Shown: in pieces, positions 12,806 to 25,400 of the stretch
Numbering within the stretch: position 1 is the stretch's first letter
Layout: every line of letters starts with the position of its first letter
Source: Chiloscyllium plagiosum
Taxonomy: Eukaryota
Direction of reading: 5' to 3'
DNA length: 64,000 nt
NCBI RefSeq assembly: GCF_004010195.1
Contig: NC_057725.1
Coordinates: 55,761,312 to 55,825,311, forward strand
Notes under the pieces: generated by a model
What the model was told of the DNA's origin: nothing
Seen by the model: only the letters and a program-made list of their open reading frames with translations
The model's database searches: none
Program-made: the position numbers and the translations under genes

Positions 12806-12998
12806 AAACTGTTAGAAATCTGAAATAAAAACCAAACGCTGGAAATATTCAGCAGAATCTGTATAGAGAGGAGGCTTAGATTTTGACTCCGAAATGACCC
12901 TCAGAAGAAACATTGTCTATCCAACTTAAAATTCTCTCTCTCTCTCTCTCTGTGTGCTGCCAACCAGCTGAGATTCTCCAGCACCTTCTGTTTTTCAG
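12806..12998. mobile_element. Old fold-back Penelope-like terminal remnant with a (CT)n tract
   Basis: GCTGGAAATATTCAGC and GCTGAGATTCTCCAGC form inverted arms. Confidence 0.4.
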
Positions 12999-14561
12999 TC
13001 AACAATATCAATGTGTTTAGGGATAACGGACATCGTACCAACTAAAAAAAATTCATTCCAAAGAGAGGAAGTGAACATAGCACAAAATATCTGTACAGAC
13101 ACAATTAACCAGGAAGCAGAATAACTTAACTGAATGTGACATCACATCACTTCAATTCCTGCAGCAAATGGCATTGTATTTGTTGAAGAACAGAATTCAG
13201 GCTGAATGTAACTGTGACCTCAATTAATTCAGTTAGTAAGTCACAGTCTGGGACTGGAAACCTGAGATTATTTGGTCCATGTGATTTAATCTTACATTGA
13301 GTAATAGTTACAAACGTTGAATGTTTGTGGAGCTCTGTATGTTTCAGTTTGTTTATGATTCACATTGCCAATATCTCTGCAAATTCTATCAAAGTCAGTT
13401 TAATTTTAAAACAATCCTGCTTATTTTACCAGATGTGTTGGGTTGATGAAATTACAATTGTCGGGATGCTCTATTTATTTTTTCCCTTTCCCTTTCCCTT
13501 AACCTTTAACACTTATATTGTTCCAATCTTGCTCAGGTTGTGGTTGGTTTCTTTTGAGAATGCAGAAGTGCGTTTAGACACAAAATACTTCCCAATTCTA
13601 CTTTTCTAAAACTTGAAGGGGAAATCTGCCCACAGTGAATGGTAAAACACTTTTTTGTTCACCCTTGCAAGTGAGTGGACAGAAAATCAGGGTCTGGTGG
13701 ACACGTTTGCCAACCTCCACCCTCCAAAGCTAGGTTCACTTAACAAATCTTTACTTAGTGTGAAGCAAAGTTTGAATGAATAAATGTAATCCTTTCACAT
13801 GATCTCCCTAAAGAATGTGCAACACGTAACTCCACACTCAGTCTGTTTACTGCAGATTCATTTTAAAGTGATCTCCCTTCGAGAAAGACTGTGTCGTCCA
13901 GTTATACTGAAGACCAGATGAAATGGCTTCTAATATTGTGCTCTTGTAGTTTGTGGCATCGTCTGAAGTTGCCTATAGCCCTGTTTTTAGCACTGCAGGT
14001 GCTGCTGTCCAGAGCTCTGAGGCAAGACAATACATCATGACATGGATGCTTTAACTCTAACTCTTGAACTCCAGCTCACTTGTATTACTTCTTCTAGAGT
14101 TTACAATTTGTGCTCACTCCAAATACTTTCTCTCTTGTCTAACAAAATCACTCCAGCCCCTCCACACAAAAGCCCTTGCACTTTTTCCTGTAACTTCAAA
14201 GATGAAAGTCACAGAGTTGTGGTCTGCCCAGGCAAACAAAATCTTTCATTATTACCAAATATAAGAACTCTACTGTGTCCTGTTCACTACAGCAAATGGA
14301 TCATTAGCCATGCCATTCAAATTTTATATTGGACTCCCCTCCCAAACAAATTATTCTCAGAAGCACAAGGTATTTAATAAGTTCGAATATCGTAGACTCT
14401 AGACAGTTCACCAAGGGCTAGATCTGGGTGGGATGCTCTTCAGAGGGTCAGTGTTGACTCAGTGGGCCAAATGGCCTCTATCTGCACTGCAGAGATTCTA
14501 TGATTAAACACCCAAGCCAGTCAGAAAGTGAACCTTTTGAAAATATCTTCCAGAGCATAGA

Positions 14562-15312
14562 ATAAATATTTAAGGAGAGGCTGGATGGGTTGGGACCTTT
14601 TTTCCCCTGAAGCATTGGAGGGTGAGAGGTGACCTTGCAGGTATATAAAATCATGAAGGGCATCAATAAGGTGAATAGCCAAGTTCTTTTCCAAGGGTAG
14701 GGGAGTCCCGAACTAGAGGCCATTAGTTTAAAGTGAGAGGGGAAAGACTTAAAAAGGGACCTAAAGAGCAACTTTTTCTCAAAGGGTACTGCTTTATGGA
14801 ATGAGCTGCTAAAGGAAATGATGGACGGGGGTACAATTACAATATTTAAAAGGAATCTAGATGGGTACACGAATAGATTTTTTTTAAGACTCCCTACAGT
14901 GTGGAAATAGGCCCTTCAGCCCAACAAGTCCACACCAACTCTCTGAAGAGTAACCCACCCAGATGCATTTCCCTCTGACTAATGCACCTAACACTATGGG
15001 CAGTTTAGCATGGCCAATTCACCTGACCTGCACATCTTTGAAATGTGGGGAGAAATCAGAGCACCCAGAGGAAACCCATACAGACACAGGGAGAATGTGC
15101 AAACTCCACAAAGACAGTCGCCCAAGGCTGGAATCGAACCCAGGTCCCTAGCACTGTGAGGCATCAGTGCCAACCACTGTGCTGCCCAATAGAAAAGGTT
15201 TAGATGGATATGGACCAAATGCTGGCAAATGGGACTAGATAAATTTAGAATATCTGGTCAGCATGGACGAGTTGGACTGAAGGGTCTATTTTCTGCGTTC
15301 AATTCTATGACT
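14562..15312 (+). mobile_element. CR1 LINE 3' fragment split by an antisense HE1 SINE
   Basis: GAGAGGTGACCT...ACTAGAGGCCAT...; the tail resumes at ~15190 (GGCAAATGGGACTAG...CTATGACTCT). Confidence 0.8.
14886..15188 (-). mobile_element. HE1-type V-SINE
   Basis: Reverse complement of the head, core and tail. Confidence 0.85.
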
Positions 15313-15319
15313 CTAAATA

Positions 15320-16222
15320 CAGGAGCTTGGAAGGTCTTCCTGCAATTGTACAGGGCCTTGGCGTGACCACATCTGGAGTATTGTGTATAGTTTTAGTCTG
15401 CTTATTGGAGGAATGCAATGAAGATTTGCCAGACTGATTCCTGGAATGGCAGGACTGACGTATGAGGAGAGATTCGATAGATTAGCACCATATTCACTAG
15501 AGTTCAGAAGAATAAATAGGGATCTCATAAAATTCTAAGAGGGTGAGTCAAGGTAAATGCAGGAAAGATATTCCCAATGCCTGGGGAATTAGAACCAGAA
15601 GATCACTGTCTAACCATACAGGGTAGGCTATTTAGGACTGAGATGAGACATTTCCTCCCCCTGGTGGAATCATTAGAATCTCTAAATTGTGGAAGTAGGC
15701 CACTGATGTGGGCCCATCAAGTCCATACCTAACCCTGTGAAGGGCATCCTACCCAGATCCATCCCCCTCCATCCTATCCCTGTAACCCTGTGTTTCCCAT
15801 GGCTAATCCACTTAGCCTGTGTATCCCAGAACATTGTGGATAATTTATGGTCAACTTATCTAAGCTGGGACTGTGGGAGGAAACCAGAGCACTCTAAGGA
15901 AACCCACGCAGATACAGGGAAAACGTGTAAACTCCCCACAGATAGTCACACGAGGCTGGAATTGAACCCAGGTCCCTGGTGTTGTGAGGCAGCAGTGCTA
16001 ACCACCATGCCTTCTGTGGAATTCTCTACCAAAGAAAGGTTGAGGCTAAAACATTGTTTTCAGGAAAGCGATAGATATAGTTCTTGGGGCTAAAGGGATT
16101 ATAGAGTATGAGGAGAAAGCAGGAACAGGGTATCGAATTGGATAATCAGCCATGTTCAGATTGAATGGCAAAGCAGGCTTGAAGGGCCGAATGGCTTATT
16201 TGCTCCTATTTTCACATTTCTA
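15320..16222 (+). mobile_element. CR1 LINE 3' fragment split by an antisense HE1 SINE (15668-16011)
   Basis: Remnant LYRALA.PHLEYCV, then a 3' tail (GAAGGGCCGAATGGC). GTGGAAT is repeated either side of the SINE. Confidence 0.75.
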
Positions 16223-16595
16223 CCCCTTCTTCAAATATTCCTCATCCCGGATACTTTATAAATGCAAATGGTCATTAATGTTCTCTTGCCAAAGCCACAG
16301 AGTGGGTGAGTCATCTGCATCTCAATGAGGAGTTTAGTCGGTTTAAATTACGAACCACGCCCAGGCATTTGTGCATGACTTTAGTTAATTGAAAGACAGG
16401 ATTTGCTTACTGGAGCCGCCTTGTGTACTGGGTATTTGGTTGTTTCTGTTGTGAGCTCAAATTGCCATGTACTTTTCCTGGAAATGTTTAAGCACGGGTT
16501 GGTAAAATCGTTTGTTTCTTTTCAACCCAAAGAGCAGCTTTTTCCATATGGAAGGAATTGTGACTAACCACACTTCTTGCATTCCAACCCTGCAG

Positions 16596-16763
16596 CTCTG
16601 CTGAACCAGCAGCGACTTTTGCGCAGTCCTTCTCACTCAGCTTCCGACCCACACGACGCAGCTAATGACGTTGAAGAGGGGCCAGTAGAGGATCAAGTTC
16701 TGATCACATTCAGTAAGAATGATGACAAGATTCTCGAACATCTGTCACCTCGATTACACAAAG
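16596..16763 (+). CDS. PNPLA2: PNPLA2-like coding exon (equivalent to exon 7, variable linker)
   Basis: ccctgcag|CT...AAA G|gtaagt; 168 nt, phase 1/1. (A)LLNQQRLLRSPS...DDKILEHLSPRLHK; the start LLN and the end ILEHL.PRL match ATGL. Confidence 0.88.
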
Positions 16764-16941
16764 GTAAGTGAAGTTGCTCAAGATCGAGAGCAATAGTGAG
16801 AAAGGCCATTGCTTCTGGTCCAAAGCATGACTCACTGCTTCCTGTCAGGTGACCAGCTGATAGCTCAAGGGGTAAATGTCTTGTCCAGTGGACCATTCAG
16901 TGGCTGTTGGATTTCACTGCTGAGATTAGCCTGTCTTTCTC

Positions 16942-17274
16942 CTAGAATCCCTACAGTGTGGAAACAGGCCATTCAGCCTAGCAAGCCCACACCAACCCTC
17001 CAAAGAGTAACCCACCCAGACCCATTTCCCTACCTCTATTACTCTACATTTACCCCTGACCAGTGTACATAACCTACACATCCCTCAACACTATGGGCAG
17101 TTTAGCATGGTCAATTCACCTCAGCTGTGCATCATTGAGCACCTGGAGGAAATGCACGCAGATGCTGGGAGAGAGCGTGCAGACTCCACACAGACACTCA
17201 CCGGAGGTGGGAATCAAACCCAGGTCTCTGGCACTGAGGGGCAGCAGTGCTAACCACTGAGCCACCGTGTCACC
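16942..17274 (-). mobile_element. HE1-type V-SINE
   Basis: Ends GCAGCAGTGCTAACCACTGAGCCACCGT (reverse of the head). Confidence 0.85.
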
Positions 17275-17845
17275 CCAGTTTCCACGAGTACTTGTCTGGC
17301 AGGTGGGGGATTGACCGTGGTCTCACAATCCAAGGGCTGTGAAGGAATCTTCTGACTTGTACTGCAGCCCTGGCTGAGATCAGTTAGCTTGCCAGACTGC
17401 GGCTTGAACATTTTGTTTTTTTTTCTATTCGTTTCCGTCCAGCTGCTTTGCTTGGCTGTGCTGTTAGTGATGTGGCAAAGTCGACTGTTGTCAGACTACG
17501 TGGAACTTGATCCCACGTCTGTGGATGATATTTCCGAGGGGTGGCTGGTAGCTCAGAGCTGAGGTTGCATGTTGAGCAGGGAAAGACCAGCGGACTCTCA
17601 AAAGAGGCCATTGCTAGAGATGCACTGCAGCGATTGTTAGGTAAAAGTGTGACCAAATAAAGACAAACTCATTGGGTTGGGCTGCAGCGGAGATTTGTCG
17701 TGCAGGGTTTTATATACTACTGTGATTGTAGTATGAGGAATAGTGCACCCACCCTGACACAGGATGTGTTTAATCGTGATGGCCCTCTGTGCTGCCACAA
17801 TGATCAAAATCTAAATGAGGCTGAATACAGAACTTGGCAGAGAAA

Positions 17846-18084
17846 TGATATGGAGGTGCCGGGGTTGGGTTGGGTTGGGCAAAGTTTAAAAATGACAACA
17901 CCAGGTTATAGCCCAACTGTGGTTTTTTTTTTTGGAAGCACTAGCTTTCGGAGCGTTGCTCCTTCATCAGATAACTCGCCTACCTGATGAAGAAATTACC
18001 TGAAGGAGCAGCGCTCCGAAAGCTAGTGCTTCCAAAAAACAAAACCTGTCTGACTACAACCTGGGTGTTGTGAGAGTTGTAACT
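17846..18084. mobile_element. Fold-back family B Penelope-derived element with hammerhead core
   Basis: 12-bp direct repeat TTGGCAGAGAAA at 17834-17845 and 18085-18096. Minus strand 17970-17942 reads CTGATGA-A-GGAGC-AAC-GCTCC-GAAA-GCTA. Confidence 0.8.
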
Positions 18085-18841
18085 TTGGCAGAGAAAAAGA
18101 AAGCTAGTGATGTGTCAAGAGTGATGGGGTTAATATTGGATTGTTGGAGGAGGACTGCGAGTTGATGTAATTGTTCTATAAAGCCCATGCAAAACAGCTT
18201 GCTTTGATTCCCTTATTTACATTTTAAAAATCTAATTTAAACCACTTGCTGGGTGGGTAATTGAATTATCTGTGTAATGTGATTATCTATTCTAATAGTT
18301 TAATACACCACTAAACAATTTTCCGCTCACTGGGCTTCAGGAAGGTCAATACAGGATCACAAAGCAAGTTGGACTTTATTTTTTTACAAACATGAATGAG
18401 TTTTAAACCTTTGTAGCTCATACTTTCTCAATGCTGGTGACTGTCAAAATAGGTCTAATTTTGTAAACTGCCAGTTTTTCACAAAACAAAGCATCTCTCT
18501 TTCTCAGATATTACATTCTGTCCCCTCCTGTTGGATTGCTGAAATTTAAATATGCAGGATAGACCAGGTTATTTATCTCCTTGAGAGTTTATCTTCCTCA
18601 TGTACCAACCTTGGTCAGGTGAAGGTTATTTACAGAGAATCAGAAGGTGTGTATACATAGCCAGCAATTCTCATTTTATTCTTGCCAGCTCATGATTTCA
18701 GTCTTTCAAAGAAAATGCAGCCATTCAATAGTTTTTCCACCCATTATTTCCACCCATTTTTCCACCCTCACCCATAACTTGTGTTTCTAATATTATTGAC
18801 ACCATTACATTGGTTCTACATAACGGAGCATTTTTCTAAAT

Positions 18842-19141
18842 TAGAATCATTAATGTGGAAGTAGGTCATTCGGCCTATTGAGTCCACACTGACCCTTCAA
18901 AGAGCATCCTGCCCAGAGCCACTTCCCATACCTAATCCATCTAACCCTGGACGCAGTGCGTGGCCAATTCACCCTAACCTGCATACCTTTGAAATGTGTG
19001 AGGAAACCAGAGCTAATCCACACAGATACCGGGAGAATGTGACAACACCACTGAGACAGACAGTTGCCAGAGGCTGGAATTGAACCTTGGCTCCTGGTGC
19101 TGTGAGGTATTAGTGCTAACCACTGAACCACCATGTCACCC
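18842..19141 (-). mobile_element. HE1-type V-SINE (diverged)
   Basis: Reverse complement of the head and core. Confidence 0.8.
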
Positions 19142-19586
19142 TATTGTTTGCACCAGTGTTGGCACAGATCTTTCCTGCTGTTCACCAAAGATAAGCCTCA
19201 AATTCCCAGCTTTAGTAGATGGGAGTTTTGCAGTTCTCTGTACCAGTCAGTTGTCCTGTGACTGATCAGTGTAAATTTGTTCCAAGAATAGGACCAGAAT
19301 TGTATTTTTGAGTTCACTGGAAACTGGACAGTAAATGGTTGGATTCCACTCGATCCTAAAATCTTTAAACACTCCAGTGTTCGGAGACGGATCTGAACCC
19401 AGCCACATATGTAACAGTAAACCAGCCCAGTCTTCTGTGCCATGCAGTTTCTTGAGATCCTTTGCTTTTACCCTTTCACCCCATTCTTCCCTTGCAAAAC
19501 AAAATCTATGTACATGTGTCTGTTAATTTGTTCTAATTGGAAGTTGTTTGACTTTTTGTCCAATTGTCTTTTTTTTTAAAACTCAG

Positions 19587-19719
19587 CATTAATTGAAGCC
19601 TGTGCTGAAAAGAGAGGTTTCCGTGCAGTCTTCTCGAACATGTTGCCAGTTCGCCTAGCCTCGACCCTTATGCTTCCTTATACTTTGCCCTTGCAATCTG
19701 CGGTTTCACTCACCATAAA
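19587..19719 (+). CDS. PNPLA2: PNPLA2-like coding exon (equivalent to exon 8, hydrophobic lipid-droplet-targeting region)
   Basis: tttttttaaaactcag|CA...ATA AA|gtaagt; 133 nt, phase 1/2. (A)[43 protein letters not shown](K) versus human ALLEAC...[29 protein letters not shown]. Confidence 0.93.
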
Positions 19720-20228
19720 GTAAGTTTGCAACTTTTATTGTTCCTTGCCATCATTAGGGATCAATCATCTTCCTCTCTCCTTTATTGGAAAATCATATCT
19801 GATCAGGAGAAGTTGATCTGTCCGGTGTGGATATTATCAACATCCCTTCTAGGTGCAGCATATCAGAATAACTGGTGTCTAAGTCGTGGAAATGGAAAAA
19901 TTAATGGAGCTAATTCTCTGATCCTTTGCCCCTGGTGGGGAACCACACTCACAGGAGCACTGCTTAGACAGTCAGAATACAACAGTCTCATCTTGTCTTT
20001 GGCTCAATTTCCTTTTCAATACCACCTTCTCCAATGGAGCATTGAATTGTGGACTTAACCTTAGTAAGTTTTGGTTTGCCTTGGCATTCTGGCAAAGTAC
20101 CACTTAAAATATTGGCAACTGTAGCCAACTTGCGAGGAGGAGAGATGGAGACAAGCAAACATAGATTTAGAATTCATAAGTATTTATTTATCTGGCACAG
20201 TACTGTGTAATCAGACTGTTTCGTAGTA

Positions 20229-20485
20229 CTTTCCACATCCGGCAGAGATTTTCCTGCACATTCAAACACCTCATCTACCGTGTCAGTCGCTCTCGATGTG
20301 GTCTCCTCTACAGTAGGGAGACAGGACGCCAAATTGCGGAACGTTTCAGGGAACATCTCTGGGACGCGTGCACCAAACAATCCCACCGCACTGTGGCTGC
20401 ACACTTTCGACTCCTTCCCATTGCGTCAAAGACATGCAAGTCCTGGGCCACCTCCATTGCCAAATTCTAGCCACCCAACTCCCTG
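20229..20485 (+). mobile_element. Penelope-like retroelement fragment (GIY-YIG endonuclease)
   Basis: Translates FHIRQRFSCTFKHLIYRVSRSRCGLLYSRETGRQIAERFREH...VAAHF, then after a frameshift DMQVLGHLHCQ. This is the PLE pattern IY.I.C..C..YIGET.R....RF.EH. Confidence 0.85.
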
Positions 20486-21192
20486 AACCTGTGACCTCTT
20501 ACAATCATAATGAGATCATGCAGCATTGCCTTACGATGATAAAGGCATTGCTTGTCACTGGCCACACTGGTGTTTCCTTTATTCCTGGTGGTGGAAATTG
20601 AATAAAGATCTGTACACCTGTTGTCTTGCACACTTGCGCACACACACAACAAGGGAGTGCTAGGGAATATATAAGCATTACCGCAGTTAGGCGGTAGTGT
20701 GAGGGTCGAAACAAAAGTAAAAAAACAGGAGATTTAGAAAAAAAATACAACCATAACATGGATTTATGGCTCATCTTCAATGTAGTAAAATATTCCAAAC
20801 AAATAAAATTAGTTCTAGGCAGCTCGACTATGTTTATAAATTAGTTTGTCTTCACAGTTTACTTTTTTAAACAATGCTGATTTAGATCATAAACTCTACC
20901 TTGTGCTGCAGTATTCTGTTGCCTGCTCCAAGAAGAGAGAACTCAATTGTCATGGCATTGGCTTAAATTAAAAAGTACTTGAATAGAACTGGAGTGCCTA
21001 GTGTTGTTCGCATTTCTGGAATGTGTTCTGTGCAAAGTTATTACTTAGCCTGAGATCAGGGAATGCTTTATATGTTATATCCTAATTTATAGTTTAGAAT
21101 TTATTATCTACACTACCCTTATGGCTTTTATTCTGAAGCAATGAATACAGGCATTTAATCATTCTTGTCTCTTTATTCGTTGTGCTTCACAG

Positions 21193-21315
21193 AATGTTGG
21201 AATGGTTGCCTGATCTGCCCGAAGATGTTGACTGGATGAAAGAACAGGTTGCCAATATTTTATGGTACTTTGCCACGAATGCCAAGGCAAAACTGGGACA
21301 TCAACTTTCAACAAG
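21193..21315 (+). CDS. PNPLA2: PNPLA2-like coding exon (equivalent to exon 9)
   Basis: cttcacag|A ATG...ACA AG|gtatgg; 123 nt, phase 2/2. MLEWLPDLPEDVDWMKEQVANILWYFATNAKAKLGHQLST(R) versus human LLEWLPDVPEDIRWMKEQ...AKRKLGRHLPSR. Confidence 0.93.
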
Positions 21316-22210
21316 GTATGGACAGTAGATCAGAGAATAACTGCGCAAAGATTGACTGATGTTTAAAGTGCTCCACATAAATACACACACTTTTGCCATC
21401 TGGGCAACTTTTCAGACCTTTGACTTCTGTATTTGTAAGTGGGATTTGGACATAGAATCATTCTAACCCCAGTATCACTTGATAATGAATCAGGATTTAC
21501 TGTTTGTGTTTTTGTTCAGTTTTGCCTCTTTGGGTGAGCTGATGCCAAACGTAGTGATATAACCACTATTCTGGCTGAGACCAACTGAACTGAATAACAA
21601 ACATTAATTTTAATTCTAACTGTGAATTAATCTTTAATCATACCTGGCTTTCCACTGTTTGTTTCCATTCAGTTTTGTCCTGTGTCCACCACCACCTAAT
21701 GCTATAGGTGTGATTGTATGTGTATGTGTGGTGGGTGGGGGTGGGGTGGGGCACGAGAGGCTTCAGTCAAGTTGATCTAAGTTTAGTGCTTGCTCAGTTC
21801 CAACTTCCTGTGGAATTTTGACCGCCAAAATCATCATTGGGAATTCTGTCACCATTCCATGGTGATTTCCTTTGTTGGCAACCTCGTACATATTCTCCTT
21901 TTGTATTCTTAGCAAACCCTGAGATGACACATAGAATCTCTCGATAATGCTTGCCTCCTCCAGGCTGACGTCACCTAACTCACTGCTGGAAATTGAGCTT
22001 GGAACCTCTTTTCTTCTCTATTGAATAGGAACATTGAAGCGGGTGGTACATTAATTCACTGAAAGGTATGGGGGAGTCTGGGCCCATTCTTTCTAGTGGA
22101 GCTTCCCATGCGTGGTGTTTTTAGAAAGGACAAGAGGGGTAGAAAAAAAATGGCTCAATTTCTATATTCCTGCCAGTTTAACGACTTGACACAAACAATT
22201 GCTGTTCTAG

Positions 22211-22469
22211 GCTGCAATATAGTTCAAAGCTGCAGAGGACCCAAAGCCTTTTCATATCACCGAGACCATCTCCCTACATGTCTGTGAAGAAGTGGATTCG
22301 GAGTAATACTTCTGTCATGGATCTGATTTCCAAATGTGAAGCATACCAGCGTCACCTGTGGTCCAGCATGCCCTTGCTCAACTGGGAAGTGCCGGACTCT
22401 GTCTTTCAGGACGATCTCAAATCTGGCTTAGAGATGAAAGTGTCTGTTCACCACGGGGACCAGATCTGA
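22211..22469 (+). CDS. PNPLA2: PNPLA2-like last coding exon (equivalent to exon 10), ending at TGA
   Basis: gttctag|G CTG; phase 2. LQYSSKLQRTQSLFISPRPSPYMSVKKWIRSNTSVMDLISKCEAYQRHLW...DQI*, aligns by eye to human LRRVQSL...[22 protein letters not shown]. Confidence 0.88.
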
Positions 22470-25400
22470 CCATAAGGAGGCACCTTCTTCCACACACAGC
22501 AATTCTTCCTCAGTGTCATATTAACTGCAGATATTTTTATTATGCGCCAGTATGCCACGTGGAAACGAACTGTCTGAAAACTTATGGAAGTTTGCATTCC
22601 ACACAAGCCATGCATATTGACAAACTTCTTCCTGTTGAACAAATGATTTTCTACTAACCACTTTGCTATTGTTTGTGACCACTAAGTTTGGGGTACACCT
22701 ATTTTATAACTTCATTATCACAGTACCTTTTCTGGTAATTACTGTATTTCAAGATCATTCTATTAATTTAAAGATGAATTGAAATTTTATAATTTTTTAA
22801 AATATCAAAACTATTCAGAAATAATGTATATTATTAATATAAATTAAGCTTTCTTCAAAAAGCATTATAAAGCTAAATTTAGCTTTGAGATAGGGGATTG
22901 GATTTCTCAATGGAATCATGAAATTTGTGGAGAAATCTGACTTGCAAAACTGAGAATGACCAAAGATAAATTTAATGCCAGAAGTAACTTTAGTCTAACA
23001 GGGGTCATATTTGGAGAAAGAAAATTCTAGTTTCTTGCGAAGTGGTGAACTGAAAATTGCATACATAAGTATCCATACCTCGTCTCTTTACGTTTCGGAT
23101 CAATGCAATATTCTTATGCCAAATCAATGCAATTGTGAACTACTTGTTAAGTATTTGATTCATTTTAGTTGGAACTTTTTGAAAAAGTGGAATGTTTGAA
23201 ATGCGACTTCAAAACTTTTAGTTTAAAATTCTTAGCTTTTTAAACCTGAGTGGATTTATTGTTAAGTCTTGTTCTATTTCAAAGTAACAATAGCTGTCGA
23301 TATATTTATAGATTCTTTCCGTAATTTTTGTGACATACTTTGACTACATTCATATCTTAGCCTATACATTTCATTGTTTTGTTTCTATTCCACTGTTTTT
23401 GCGACTCCATCAATATGGGTGTAGTTTGTGTACATCTGTCAGCTGAACAAAGATATAAGCTTTCAGCTTCTGTATTACTTACCTCTACCTAATACACTGT
23501 TCTAAGACACAAGCCTTCCCACTGTGTTCCCAGTTCCAGACATTCAAGATCATCAATAGATAACATGGCCTCATTTGATTAATGAATGGTTTGGAATGCT
23601 TATAAACATTTGGGTGGAATTTACCTTGGGTAATAGTGTAAAGAGGACTTGAAGTGAGTGCTACTGAATATCTGGTGGTATACCACTGCCTAAGCTAAAT
23701 TTGTAGCTTGTTATACAATGTCCTGAGACTCCAATCTAAATTATCATTAGACAGCCATAAATAAATGTTAGTTTTGGATTGGCTACATTTTCATAAAAAG
23801 TATCTTCCACTAACTCTTCTATGCAGTTGACTGGAATAGTCACAGTGGTTATGTGCTAAAGTAGTATACGGAATCCTCCGAACCTAGACTTTGAGTAACC
23901 TTTGTGCATGCACTTTTTTTTTATTTTTAAATTTGTATATAAGGCACTATGTACTTTACAGATCCCTTTCGCTACTTTACAGTGTAGAGAAAATGCCATA
24001 ACTAACGTGGTTTCACCTAGTACAACGACTTTAAAATTTATTGTTTAATTTATTAAAATTTAAACTTTATTAAACTCATAGATCTGAACAAAAAATGAAT
24101 GCACAGTTGATATTTTATGGAGCCTTTTCCAATTGTTTCCCCTCTGTTTTAAGCATTAGCCAATCTTTATTACAAGTGATCTTTTGTAGAGTCCTTTTGC
24201 ACTGCAGATGTGAAAGAGTGGCTTACTGTAATTCTCTGCTGCTAATCTTCACACTCTCCCCAATTGGGGCCTCTTAATTAGACTTTGCAGCTTCTTCATG
24301 TCTAATGCAAACAAAGCACATGTTAATATCTTCCGTTTCCAGAAACCATTCGCTAGCTTGTAACCAGAGGCTAGAGCTTGAGGGGCCATCCCACTCCACA
24401 TCAAGCATGGCTGATTAGGAGGTGCTCCTGTTCTAATTACTTACCACAGGCATATTGGAAGGATTTGCAGCTTGACAATCACTTGTCAAAAATACACTTA
24501 AGAACACACTTTCTGTGACCATCAAGTCCTGGAGTAGGATTCAAACCCAAAGCATATGGCTTAGAGGCAGGGATGTTACCCACTGCATCACAAGGCATCC
24601 CCAAGGTCGCGATAATTTAACTATAATTTGCCACTACTGGATGTGAGGAATGTAATCAGATGAACATGCACAGTGACACTGGTCTTCGCGAGCAGTGCTA
24701 AATGGATTTAGCTAGTCAACCACCCATTTTACAGCACAGCCTTTCGCACTACAGCCTATTCAACATGAACCCATTTCATGCCACTAGTTCAGATCAATTC
24801 TGCCCCACTTCCCATACCTCTATACTAATCACTAGACTTTATAACTGCCCAGCACTAGATAACATTTAAATGAAAATTTATTTATAATATATTACCATGT
24901 ATATATTATGTTTAAGACTATACTGCCCTGTATGAGTTATCTGCATTATAAAATTATGGATTACAAATATATTGCTATGTATGATTTATCTCCACAAAGA
25001 ATTTTAAAAGATGTTAAATTTTGAGAATGTTTGTATAAACCGTACATAGGCTATAGCCTAAAAGATGTGTAATCTACAAATATGATCAATTTTAAATAGT
25101 TGAAAGGAGAATAGATTTGTTGTTTAATCAAATTGTACTTATTAAATTTAGACAGTATTTTCTTAAACTCCAAGGTGAGCATTTGAAGTTACAGTTGTGT
25201 ATTGTAACTGATTGAGTTACAGGTATGAATGGAGATGGATTGTAATTTAAGGAGGATCACACTTGATATGTTGAAGTGAAACAGGTTCCACCCTCTTCCC
25301 AGGTTCCTTCCTAGAGGGCACTGATCTTTGGTGGGAAATGGTTGTGTGAACTGTCTGGTACCTCTTTGATATATAATGAGTATCCAAGTGTAAACCAAAA

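Noticed and set aside
17443-17640. Selenocysteine readthrough of the two TGA codons
   Set aside because: No SECIS element identified and no precedent in PNPLA proteins.
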